A stretch of DNA of 64,000 nt from an uncultured bacterium (lineage in GTDB: Bacteria; Chlamydiota; Chlamydiia; Chlamydiales; 2-12-FULL-49-11), in assembly GCA_964350315.1 (NCBI GenBank), contig CAYGJD010000002.1:24157-88156 (forward strand). Reading direction: 5' to 3'. Made by a program: the position numbers and the translations under genes. Below, piece by piece: positions 44,742-53,324 of this stretch. Position 1 is the first letter of the stretch. Every line of letters starts with the position of its first letter. The notes below the pieces were generated by a model that was not told the DNA's origin, ran no database searches, and saw only the letters and a list, made by a program, of their open reading frames with translations.

Positions 44742-45662
44742 TCAAATTCTACTTTCAATTAATAAAGCGACAATCCGATCAATCCAAATTTTTCCTGTTT
44801 CAGAAAATTCAATTAACGGCCACTTGATGCCATAAACATCAATGTCACTCTTAACAGGCAATGTTTTCAATAACTTTGCTTTTAATTTTTCTTCATCGCT
44901 TGCATTTATCAAACGAAATTTTATCCCTCTAAAGAATCCATTTGACTTTAACCCAAATTCGTCTTTTACTCCAGTCTCTTCGTCATATTCAGCAAAGCGA
45001 CCCTTTTTTAGATCACTCCCACGCCACTCTTCAACGTACCCCTCTTCAACCAATGCTTTCGCAAATTGATCATAAACAGATCTCCACAATGCAATCTTTT
45101 CCCCTTCAAAGGGAACTTGCCTATGATCGAATTTTGATCCCTCTTTACAAGCTTTTTTATGATCCTTTAATTCCTGAGTGGATGAAAACGCCAACCCTTT
45201 GATCTGATAAAGTGGTGTTTTTTGTTTTCGAAAAAGTTCTTCCCCAATCAATTTTGGCATTGAAACTTCGATTACTTGTAGTTTTTTAAGATCTTTCTCA
45301 ATTTCTCCATCCAACACATCTGCATAAACATGATCAATTTTAACGACCTTAGTAAATTGATGGGCCGTATTCACAGCTCTTGCTCGAAGAGGCTGTTTTT
45401 GATGTTTCATATAATCAATTACATTTGTTGAAACCATTTCTAGGACTTCAATCTTGACCTTTTTTTTCACTTTTTCTTTCATGCGGGTAATAGCAAGATC
45501 GATGTGATCTTTATGCAACGGTTCATCGAGAATATATTCGCAAACGAACCCGAGGAAATCTGCCTTTATCGTTTTAAAGATAATTTTTGGACAGATCTCT
45601 AAAATAGACATGGCAAACAACTCTGCAGCCGTTTGCCACGCACCTTTTGTATTTTGTGTCAT
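44742..45662 (-). CDS. Truncated, degenerate threonyl-tRNA synthetase-like protein (N2/SAD-like domain plus remnant class II core)
   Basis: 306 aa, collinear with recalled ThrRS residues from about 70: GFVCEY/GFYYDV, YADVLDGE/YVDMCRGPH, KFDHRQV/KRDHRKIG. The zinc and editing His/Cys residues are replaced. It lacks most of the catalytic core and the anticodon-binding domain. Confidence 0.55.
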   Translation of the reverse strand: MTQNTKGAWQTAAELFAMSILEICPKIIFKTIKADFLGFVCEYILDEPLHKDHIDLAITRMKEKVKKKVKIEVLEMVSTNVIDYMKHQKQPLRARAVNTAHQFTKVVKIDHVYADVLDGEIEKDLKKLQVIEVSMPKLIGEELFRKQKTPLYQIKGLAFSSTQELKDHKKACKEGSKFDHRQVPFEGEKIALWRSVYDQFAKALVEEGYVEEWRGSDLKKGRFAEYDEETGVKDEFGLKSNGFFRGIKFRLINASDEEKLKAKLLKTLPVKSDIDVYGIKWPLIEFSETGKIWIDRIVALLIESRI

Positions 45663-45736
45663 TGGGATATAGCTGACTCGAACAGCTGACCTCCACGATG
45701 TCAACGTGGCGCTCTAACCAACTGAGCTAATACCCC
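45663..45736 (-). tRNA. tRNA-Val (anticodon GAC)
   Basis: 74-nt cloverleaf. Acceptor GGGGTAT/ATATCCC, D-arm GCTC-AGTTGGTTA-GAGC, anticodon arm CCACG-TTGACAT-CGTGG and T-loop TTCGAGT. No encoded CCA. Confidence 0.9.
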
Positions 45737-45817
45737 ACAATCTCAAAGATGCCTTTGAAAAAAACTTCGCTAAAGTTATACTACACCTGAATTTCTATCA
45801 AGAATAAACTGCATTTT

Positions 45818-46384
45818 ATGAATCATATAGGACTAGCACACTACTTTTGGAAGAAGCACCTGCACAAGGGTGATATAGCTGTCGATGCTACCTGCGGGGT
45901 TGGCAACGATACTCTTATCCTTGCTCAAACCTGTTTAGATGACCATCAAGGACATGTTTATGCGATTGATATTCAAAAAATTGCCATAGAGCGTACCGAA
46001 ACGCTCCTGTCAGACTCTCTTTCTCCTGCTCAACTCGATCGAGTCACTCTAATTCACGCGTCACACGCCCCCTTGCCCCAAGAGATCCCTCCAGCGAATC
46101 TTTTCGTCTATAACCTTGGATATTTACCAGACAGCGACAGATCGATTAAAACCTTGTCTCCAACAAGTATTGTAAGCCTTGAATCTGCTCTTGATCGCCT
46201 TCTACCACGCGGGATGATCTCTATCATGCTCTATCCTGGCCACTATGAGGGCTTATTTGAAGCTCAGACTATCTTAAATTGGACATCAAGCCTCTCAAAA
46301 GAGGCGTATTCGCTCTCACATCACTATCGTCCAAATAACGCAAAATCGCCAAGTTTGATCATTATTCATAAAAAAAAGAGTTAA
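45818..46384 (+). CDS. YtqB/MnmM-like class I SAM-dependent (tRNA) methyltransferase
   Basis: 188 aa, collinear with recalled B. subtilis YtqB: GDIAVDATCGVGNDT, GHVYAIDIQ, VYNLGYLP and MLYPGH. Confidence 0.7.
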   Translation: MNHIGLAHYFWKKHLHKGDIAVDATCGVGNDTLILAQTCLDDHQGHVYAIDIQKIAIERTETLLSDSLSPAQLDRVTLIHASHAPLPQEIPPANLFVYNLGYLPDSDRSIKTLSPTSIVSLESALDRLLPRGMISIMLYPGHYEGLFEAQTILNWTSSLSKEAYSLSHHYRPNNAKSPSLIIIHKKKS

Positions 46385-46409
46385 CAATAAATCCAAAACA
46401 TGCTATAAT
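46381..46409 (+). promoter_or_regulatory. Sigma-70-like promoter (TTAACA-17 nt-TATAAT)
   Basis: -35 at 46381-46386, overlapping the upstream stop codon, and -10 at 46404-46409. About 27-nt leader with AGAGGA SD before the ATG at 46443. Confidence 0.5.
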
Positions 46410-46442
46410 TAAGGGCTTAAAGAGATTAAATAAGAGGAAACA

Positions 46443-49400
46443 ATGGATTCACCGATTGTGAGCACAGAGACAGCTATTGAAAGAAACCAACAAGCGATCG
46501 CAGAATATCAAGCTTCTTTAGATAGAGCTAAAGCTGCAATAGCCTCATGTAGCAGTGAAACTTGTGATGAATTTGTTTTTGTAGATAAACCCAGTCCAAA
46601 AATCACACCCTTTGAGAATGGACTTGTTGTCTTTTGCAACTCTATTTCTCAAGCTTTGAAAGAACGAGCGACCTACCCTCTTTTATCCACTCGAATGCTC
46701 TCGCACGCATTAAATGCTCTACACTCTAAACTCCAGGAACTAACTGATCTATCTCCAGATTTTCTAGTTATACTGCGAGACACCACTCAAAACCTTGAAA
46801 CCCAGACATCCGGAGAAGATCAAGAGAAGGCAATTGCTATCCAAGCAAGGGCTAGAAGCGTAAAATTGGGGGGCCCTAGCAGTGCCTTTAAACCACTCGG
46901 GGCAAAACCTCGACCAGCATCTTTAACAAGTCCGGCTCGCGCAGATGAAATGGGCGCAAAATCACCTTTTCAACCTAAAATCAGACAATTACTACTAGAT
47001 TTCCAGCCAGAAAGATCTGCTGTTGATCTATTAAAGACTATTCTAACTCTACCTAAAGAAGATATTCTTCGGCTTGAAACCGACCGATCGACAAATCCGA
47101 AAATTCACCTCCTCTATCAAACTGCAATTGCAGAAATTCAACTAGATTTAACTGAACGCAAAGAGAGAACTCCTGCTGAATCTATTTTTTTATTAAAAGC
47201 TGGAAATCTTATTCTACATTACCCTGATTTTGAATCTTTATTTCCGCTTGGACCTTATAAATCCCTGGGATCTCGAGCTTTTGCCGCTCTTATCTTGGCA
47301 GAAACATGCCCACTTGGAGCAGAAAGTGCACGACTAATTATTGAAGATGAAGCAAACCTTAAACCTTGCGTAGATTTCTTATGGTATGAAGCATCATTTC
47401 ATATCTTTACTGTATTTTCTGGACATATGCAAGAAATCAGAAATAGGATGCCTGAGGAGACAAGACTTTCTATTCATAATGATATAGAGTGTTGCGTTCA
47501 CCTGGCGACTCAATATGATCAAATGTATGCACAAATGAGCAAAGCTAAAGGGTCTCATATCAATCGTTCTGTTAGCACTCTGTTTTGCATGATCTATGCT
47601 TTGGACCGTGTTGCAAGAGTTGATCCTGCTGATTTGGATAGAGCAGGACTGAGACCTGCCGAATTTATGAGTCATTGCTCACAAACATGTGACCAACTAA
47701 ATGCTGCAGCTCAATTTTCCACACCTGCACCAGAAGTCAATCTTACAACAATTTCTGATCGATTATCGCAACATCAAAAAAAGACTTTTGGAAAAGAGTT
47801 CAACAAAACAGAGTTATCGACAGTAGAGCTTCGGAACTTATTCTATGCTGCCCGCGAAACAAGAAAACATGCAATTGAGTTTCTTGATACTGACGCAAGA
47901 CAAGATGCCTTTGAAGCTATTCGAAAGTCTGACGGTTGGATGGAGCAAATTATTACAGCAATGATGCAAGGAAGATTTACGAAGGATGGTGAAGGTGCAA
48001 GGAAATGTAACTTCATTCAGAGCATTCTATTGGCGCTAGATTCAATCGAAGTTGACCATCCATTTGATGTAAAGATGTCTCTTTTTTTAAATCTTGAAGT
48101 TTTAATCCATTCAAGACTAAATGTATACGACACTGATCGAGTAAAACTTCAACAGCAACTTGATATATCTAAGTCAAATGCTCTAGGAACTGAATTTGCT
48201 CGACTAAAAGCTTCTGCAATTAAATATGAAAACCACTCTTTTTCGCAATTTAATCGACCGACTCAAACAGCGCAAAAAGATTGGTGGCCGCGTGAAGAAG
48301 TTAGCATTACAACAGGAGAGACTCAACTTGCACCTTCTCCTGCAAGCACAGCATGCTCTTGCAATGCGACAATGACTCTAGTTCACCTCCTGACACCCGG
48401 ACGTCCAAATGAGGAGGCCTTTGACTTCGACAGAGTTTTAAATGAGGGTCAATTTTTGTTTTATGATGTGTTAAAAAGAGAACCCCAAAGAGAGGGAGAA
48501 AGATACCAAGGTCAATTTTTATCCGAAGACAGGACAGCAGGCATATACCTTGACTTTGAAGCTATAGAAAGAAGTCCTGTATTCCAGGGTAATTATCTTT
48601 CCGTTGTAGAACAAGCTGGTACTATTGATGGCAAATACATCCAAGTCTCTTTAAGCCCTGGCAAGGAAATTGATCAATATAAGAGATTGTTTACCCAATT
48701 AGAAGCTAGAATTCCTGAAGGCAAAGATGCTATCGGTGGATTAATTCAAAATGGCGTAAGCATCTATGCTGTCCATATCCAGAAAACACCCGTGGATGGA
48801 ACAACTTACACAATTATTGATTCCCACGGACTGTATCAAGGAATCCCAACTGCAGAATCAGACTTCAACAGAGCTTTTAAAGTAAGCTTCAAATCTATCG
48901 ATGATGCATCAAGATTTTTACAGCTTCACCACCCCTATAATGGAACAGATATCCGTACAAACACTTGTACAGTTTTACCTGTAATCGGACCTGACATTGA
49001 CTTAGCAGCACACCGCGATCGTGGAGCTGGACTAATGGCAGAAGCTTCTGCATACCACCTTGATTTGCAACAAAAGCAAATAGAACATCTTCAGAAAGAC
49101 AAAGCTCTGCTCCGTCAGTACAGGAATCTTCCAGTCGAACCCGGGCATACTTTTTCACGACCTTGGACCTCAAGTTCATCGACATCATCCCCTCTTGCTA
49201 TATTTAAGTCTCTCCAAGAAGCTGAGAGATCAGGGAAAACTCATGAAGCTCTTAGAAAAGCTGAAGAGCTTTTAAGAAACCAGAAAATTTCAGAAAAAGC
49301 TAAAGCCGCACTGAGCGCGTTTGTAGCTGCCTCTAAAAGAGATAACTCTACGCTAGTAAGTTTGAAAACCTCACACCTAGAACTTAAGAGAGAACTTGTA

Positions 49401-49529
49401 ATTGATCAAGGCAAAAGAAGCGCACATGGAACTGCTCGAACGCCACAAGAGCGGGAAACAGTGTTACGGCAAATTTGGGCTGATCATCGAAGAAATGCCT
49501 TAACAATTGCAAACCGCCATATAAAGTAA
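46443..49529 (+). CDS. Large orphan protein (1028 aa), possible secreted effector with a Cys-His module
   Basis: Long ORF with SD and its own promoter. No family recognised. Candidate catalytic pair at STACSCNATMTLVHLL (Cys638/640) and YTIIDSHG (His795). Confidence 0.6.
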   Translation: MDSPIVSTETAIERNQQAIAEYQASLDRAKAAIASCSSETCDEFVFVDKPSPKITPFENGLVVFCNSISQALKERATYPLLSTRMLSHALNALHSKLQELTDLSPDFLVILRDTTQNLETQTSGEDQEKAIAIQARARSVKLGGPSSAFKPLGAKPRPASLTSPARADEMGAKSPFQPKIRQLLLDFQPERSAVDLLKTILTLPKEDILRLETDRSTNPKIHLLYQTAIAEIQLDLTERKERTPAESIFLLKAGNLILHYPDFESLFPLGPYKSLGSRAFAALILAETCPLGAESARLIIEDEANLKPCVDFLWYEASFHIFTVFSGHMQEIRNRMPEETRLSIHNDIECCVHLATQYDQMYAQMSKAKGSHINRSVSTLFCMIYALDRVARVDPADLDRAGLRPAEFMSHCSQTCDQLNAAAQFSTPAPEVNLTTISDRLSQHQKKTFGKEFNKTELSTVELRNLFYAARETRKHAIEFLDTDARQDAFEAIRKSDGWMEQIITAMMQGRFTKDGEGARKCNFIQSILLALDSIEVDHPFDVKMSLFLNLEVLIHSRLNVYDTDRVKLQQQLDISKSNALGTEFARLKASAIKYENHSFSQFNRPTQTAQKDWWPREEVSITTGETQLAPSPASTACSCNATMTLVHLLTPGRPNEEAFDFDRVLNEGQFLFYDVLKREPQREGERYQGQFLSEDRTAGIYLDFEAIERSPVFQGNYLSVVEQAGTIDGKYIQVSLSPGKEIDQYKRLFTQLEARIPEGKDAIGGLIQNGVSIYAVHIQKTPVDGTTYTIIDSHGLYQGIPTAESDFNRAFKVSFKSIDDASRFLQLHHPYNGTDIRTNTCTVLPVIGPDIDLAAHRDRGAGLMAEASAYHLDLQQKQIEHLQKDKALLRQYRNLPVEPGHTFSRPWTSSSSTSSPLAIFKSLQEAERSGKTHEALRKAEELLRNQKISEKAKAALSAFVAASKRDNSTLVSLKTSHLELKRELVIDQGKRSAHGTARTPQERETVLRQIWADHRRNALTIANRHIK

Positions 49530-49571
49530 GACTTTTCGTTATAATTTTTTTTTTGACGCCTTATAACTAAA

Positions 49572-49600
49572 TTGACAATTTAATATTTCTAGCATATAAT
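49572..49600 (+). promoter_or_regulatory. Consensus sigma-70 promoter (TTGACA-17 nt-TATAAT)
   Basis: Exact consensus hexamers at 49572-49577 and 49595-49600 with a 17-nt spacer. Confidence 0.6.
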
Positions 49601-49657
49601 ACTCTTATAGTGATAAACCCTAATGTTCGGGTTTTCAACGGTGGGGCTAGGAAAATC

Positions 49658-50524
49658 ATGTCTATGCAGCTTACAAATCACCAGGGCGATTTGGAAAATA
49701 TCAAGGCGCTGCTCAAAAGACGGTTTCTTCCTGAACACAGAGAATTAAAAGAATTTTCACTACAACTTGAAAAAATAGATCTTTCTCTTTCAAAAGCACT
49801 AAAAAATCCCCATGCATCGTGTAAGAAAAATCTTGAAAAGCAAAAAGAGCTTGTTAACACTTTAACAGGTCGTTGCCACCAGCTTGAAATCAGACGTAAT
49901 GTAGTTATGCTTGCAGAAGACGCTGAACATCTTGCTAATACAAGTCCTGATCGACCTCAAGAAGAGATAGCCTCAAGCGCAAACTTGCTGAGAACACGCA
50001 TCGAAGATTTCTTGCTACTACACAGACCGTCTAAAACAAACACAAAGTTCATACGTTTTGCAAGAGCCTGCCTTGTAAAGGCTGAAAAAAAAGAGCCCGT
50101 GCTTGTTCGTGGTAGTGATGGTCGCATGCGAAAAGTGATTTCTATTGAATCATTCAAATCGAAACATGTAACCCTTGAGATGTTTGATTTGGCAGAAAAC
50201 TTATACTCGCTTGCCAAAGAGCTTTATGCAGAAAATTTTGACATCTTCTCACAAACACTAGAGCAATCTTTTTCCGATGAAACAAAAAAGGAAATTAGAT
50301 TTCATATTTCTGTTGCAAAGGGAGATCTAAAAAATCTTCAAAACAAAGAAACTCGCCTGCGAACAATACAGGGAATTCTTGGTTATGCTCATGATTTAAC
50401 CGATTACTATATGGATGATTCTCCCTATCCTGGTTTTACAGAGATTCACTCTCTTTTTAGAGACCTTGATCTGATCAATCACATAGAAGCAGAAGATCCT
50501 TCTCTTCAAGAATCCCAAACTTAG
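49658..50524 (+). CDS. Helical hypothetical protein
   Basis: About 288 aa from the ATG after AGGAAAATC. The GTG at 49610 lies too close to the predicted transcription start. No family recognised. Confidence 0.55.
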   Translation: MSMQLTNHQGDLENIKALLKRRFLPEHRELKEFSLQLEKIDLSLSKALKNPHASCKKNLEKQKELVNTLTGRCHQLEIRRNVVMLAEDAEHLANTSPDRPQEEIASSANLLRTRIEDFLLLHRPSKTNTKFIRFARACLVKAEKKEPVLVRGSDGRMRKVISIESFKSKHVTLEMFDLAENLYSLAKELYAENFDIFSQTLEQSFSDETKKEIRFHISVAKGDLKNLQNKETRLRTIQGILGYAHDLTDYYMDDSPYPGFTEIHSLFRDLDLINHIEAEDPSLQESQT

Positions 50525-51623
50525 CCTGCAGCTCACCCATAATGAAAAAGCTTCCTGTTACTAAAATAACTCCACCTTCTGTTTTTGCAGATTGAATGAA
50601 ATCATCTAGATAGGAACGCTTAGCGTTTTGCAGGTGGGGCATAAGATCCTCGTACGAAGCAAGGCGAGCATGATCTCCTTCATAATAGAAAATCTCACTA
50701 CTTTTCTCTTTGATCAAGGGTATAATGTTTTGCGCATCTTTAGTTAGGCAAAGAGAGAAAATTGTAAAAATCTTTCTATTTTTGTATTTTCTTCCCATTT
50801 CTTCAAAGAGTTGTAGAAAACCATCTTCATTATGAGCTACATCAAATATTACTACCTGACCTTCTATTTCATGCTCTTCAAAACGACAGGGTGGTTTGTT
50901 CAATGATACATTAATTTGTTCTGATGAGAGAAGGACTTTCAAAGTACACTTGGCTATTTCAGTATTTTCCTCGAGCCAATTATCACATTTTTTAACAAAA
51001 TATACTGGAGCCTGTTTTTCAAAAGCTGCTTTTAAAATTGGCCCTCTTGTTGCACGTGATCCTAATACTACTGGTGTGTAGGGCTTGATAATCCCTGCTT
51101 TTGCCTGAGAAATTTCATCTAAAGTTGATCCTAGAATATGTGCATGGTCTTTACTTATATTTGTAATGACTGACACTTCGGGCTTAAGTATATTTGTTGC
51201 ATCTTTTTCTCCTCCGAGCCCTGTCTCAAAAACGGCGTAATCTACTCCATTTTTATTAAAGTAGAGAAAAGCAAGGAGAGTTAATGTTTCAAAAAACGTA
51301 AGTTCTGTTGAAGTATTTTGAATGATTTTTAGCTCTTTCAAAGCATCTTCTTCTGAAATCATCTTTCCATCAATTTGAACACGTTCTCTGAAGGAATTTA
51401 TGTGTGGCGAAGTAAACAGCCCAGTTTTGAACCCTAAAGATGTCAATGTGTGAGCAATCTTTGTTGATGTAGTTCCTTTTCCATTTGTGCCTGCGACATG
51501 AATGGATCGAAACCTTTGCGATGGAGAACCAAGAGCTGCATCTGCAGCTAAAATTGCATCTAGCTTTAAGCTCATGCCTGAGGTCTCTTTCAACCTTTTA
51601 AAAATTTCATCAAAACAGCTCAT
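50475..51623 (-). CDS. folC: Folylpolyglutamate synthase / dihydrofolate synthase (Mur ligase family)
   Basis: 382 aa with P-loop HVAGTNGKGTT and the Mur-ligase middle and C-terminal layout. Confidence 0.8.
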   Translation of the reverse strand: MSCFDEIFKRLKETSGMSLKLDAILAADAALGSPSQRFRSIHVAGTNGKGTTSTKIAHTLTSLGFKTGLFTSPHINSFRERVQIDGKMISEEDALKELKIIQNTSTELTFFETLTLLAFLYFNKNGVDYAVFETGLGGEKDATNILKPEVSVITNISKDHAHILGSTLDEISQAKAGIIKPYTPVVLGSRATRGPILKAAFEKQAPVYFVKKCDNWLEENTEIAKCTLKVLLSSEQINVSLNKPPCRFEEHEIEGQVVIFDVAHNEDGFLQLFEEMGRKYKNRKIFTIFSLCLTKDAQNIIPLIKEKSSEIFYYEGDHARLASYEDLMPHLQNAKRSYLDDFIQSAKTEGGVILVTGSFFIMGELQAKFGILEEKDLLLLCD

Positions 51624-52438
51624 AACCTTCTCAGCTTATTCATTTCATCATCATTTGTATAAGAAGCGCCAATTTTAATATATGGTTTTGTTTCCCCATG
51701 GAAATCAGAACCTCCTGTCATAATCAAATCGTACTCTTTTGCTATCTTGACCATTTGATATTTCTGACTTTCCGAAAAGGCTGCATAGTAACACTCCATA
51801 CCATCAAAATTGAATTGGTTTAGGATGTTTTTAATTAAACCTTTTTTCTTAAGAAGAATCGGGTGAGCAAGCACTGCTAATCCGCCTGCACCGTGAATGA
51901 TGTCTATCGTTTCTTGAGGCTTAAACTTTACTCCTGCTGCAAAACACTTCCTATCATCACCAATCCAGATATCAAACGCTTCCTTAATGGAACTGACAAC
52001 CCCTTTTTCCATTAATGCTTTTGCTATATGTGGTCTTCCAATAACGTGCGAACCTGGAAGAAGAAGTTCCTCATAAGAGATGTCAATGCTATGCTTTTTT
52101 AAAGAAGCAAGAATTTGATCATTTCGATCTTTTCTTCTATTTATATGAGCTAAACAAAGATCTTTTAATGACTGGTTTTCAATATCATAACCATAAGCAA
52201 GAATATGAATCGGGGTTTTATCAAGAAACGTAGAAAATTCTGCTCCTTGAATAACTCCAATGTTTTGCTCTTTTGCGTAATCAAAAAGATCTTTAGTGTA
52301 TGCCGCTGTTGTATCGTGATCGGTAATTGAAATGCCTTTTAGATTCGCAAGCTTTGCGCCATCGATCAATTCCTTAGGCGTAGCAGTGCCATCTGAACAT
52401 GTCGAATGCATATGAAGGTCGTACCCTTTTTCACTCAT
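51620..52438 (-). CDS. PHP-domain phosphoesterase (TrpH/YciV-like)
   Basis: YDLHMHSTCSDG, ISITDHD and a C-terminal GGSDFHG motif. The ATG overlaps the murB stop by 8 nt. Confidence 0.72.
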   Translation of the reverse strand: MSEKGYDLHMHSTCSDGTATPKELIDGAKLANLKGISITDHDTTAAYTKDLFDYAKEQNIGVIQGAEFSTFLDKTPIHILAYGYDIENQSLKDLCLAHINRRKDRNDQILASLKKHSIDISYEELLLPGSHVIGRPHIAKALMEKGVVSSIKEAFDIWIGDDRKCFAAGVKFKPQETIDIIHGAGGLAVLAHPILLKKKGLIKNILNQFNFDGMECYYAAFSESQKYQMVKIAKEYDLIMTGGSDFHGETKPYIKIGASYTNDDEMNKLRRL

Positions 52439-53324
52439 GATCGTCCTCTTGATACGGAATAAATCGAACTTCTTCTTGGAGGACAATTCCTGTTTTTCTT
52501 TCAACTTCACTTTTTATGTATTTTACAAGCGCTTTAATATCTTCTGCCTTTGCCTCTGATTTGTTGATCAGAAAATTTGCATGCATTGGAGAAACTGCAG
52601 CACCACCGAGAGAGAATTCTTTCAGCCCGCAAGATTCAATCAGTCTTCCGGCAGAGTCCCCTTCTGGATTTCTAAAAACACACCCACACGTTTTTGCTTT
52701 ATAGGGCTGTGTTGACATCCGATAATCTAGGATTTTTTTTTGCTTTTCTTTTGCATCTGGAGCTTTTTGAAGGTTAAATGTTGCTGAAACAATCGCTCCT
52801 TTCATGCTCTGAAAGTTCGAAAATCGATATTTAAATTCTAGCTCATCTTTGCTTAATTGAATTAAGGCTCCCTCTTCTGTGATATAATCAACTGATTGAA
52901 TCACATCAGCTACTTCCATCTTATTGGCCCCAGCGTTCATAAAGATGGCACCACCGACACTCCCTGGAATTCCTGAAGCAAACTCAAGACCTGACAATCC
53001 TTTTCTTGCTGTTTGCACTCCCAAGAGGGCAAAGCTATACCCCGCGCCAACTTTAACCTTTGTCTCTTCCCACTCAATAAAAGAAATCTTATTTAGGATG
53101 ACAACCCCATTAAATCCACGATCATCAAATAGAAGATTTGATCCTTTTCCAAGTATCATATAACGCTGTTTAGTCTTTTTGAGCGTGTGAATAAGAGCTT
53201 GCAAGTCTTCTATTTTCGACACTTGCACAAATTTTCTAGCGGGACCACCGATATTGTATGTAGAATATTTACTTAGTGATACATTCTCTTCTAGTTCAAA
53301 CAGAACATGTGGTTTGACTTTCAC
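52431..53324 (-). CDS. murB: UDP-N-acetylenolpyruvoylglucosamine reductase
   Basis: 297 aa. FAD-binding region YSTYNIGGPA...ILGKGSNLL and GSVGGAIFMNAGA. GTG start. Confidence 0.9.
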   Translation of the reverse strand: MKVKPHVLFELEENVSLSKYSTYNIGGPARKFVQVSKIEDLQALIHTLKKTKQRYMILGKGSNLLFDDRGFNGVVILNKISFIEWEETKVKVGAGYSFALLGVQTARKGLSGLEFASGIPGSVGGAIFMNAGANKMEVADVIQSVDYITEEGALIQLSKDELEFKYRFSNFQSMKGAIVSATFNLQKAPDAKEKQKKILDYRMSTQPYKAKTCGCVFRNPEGDSAGRLIESCGLKEFSLGGAAVSPMHANFLINKSEAKAEDIKALVKYIKSEVERKTGIVLQEEVRFIPYQEDDHE

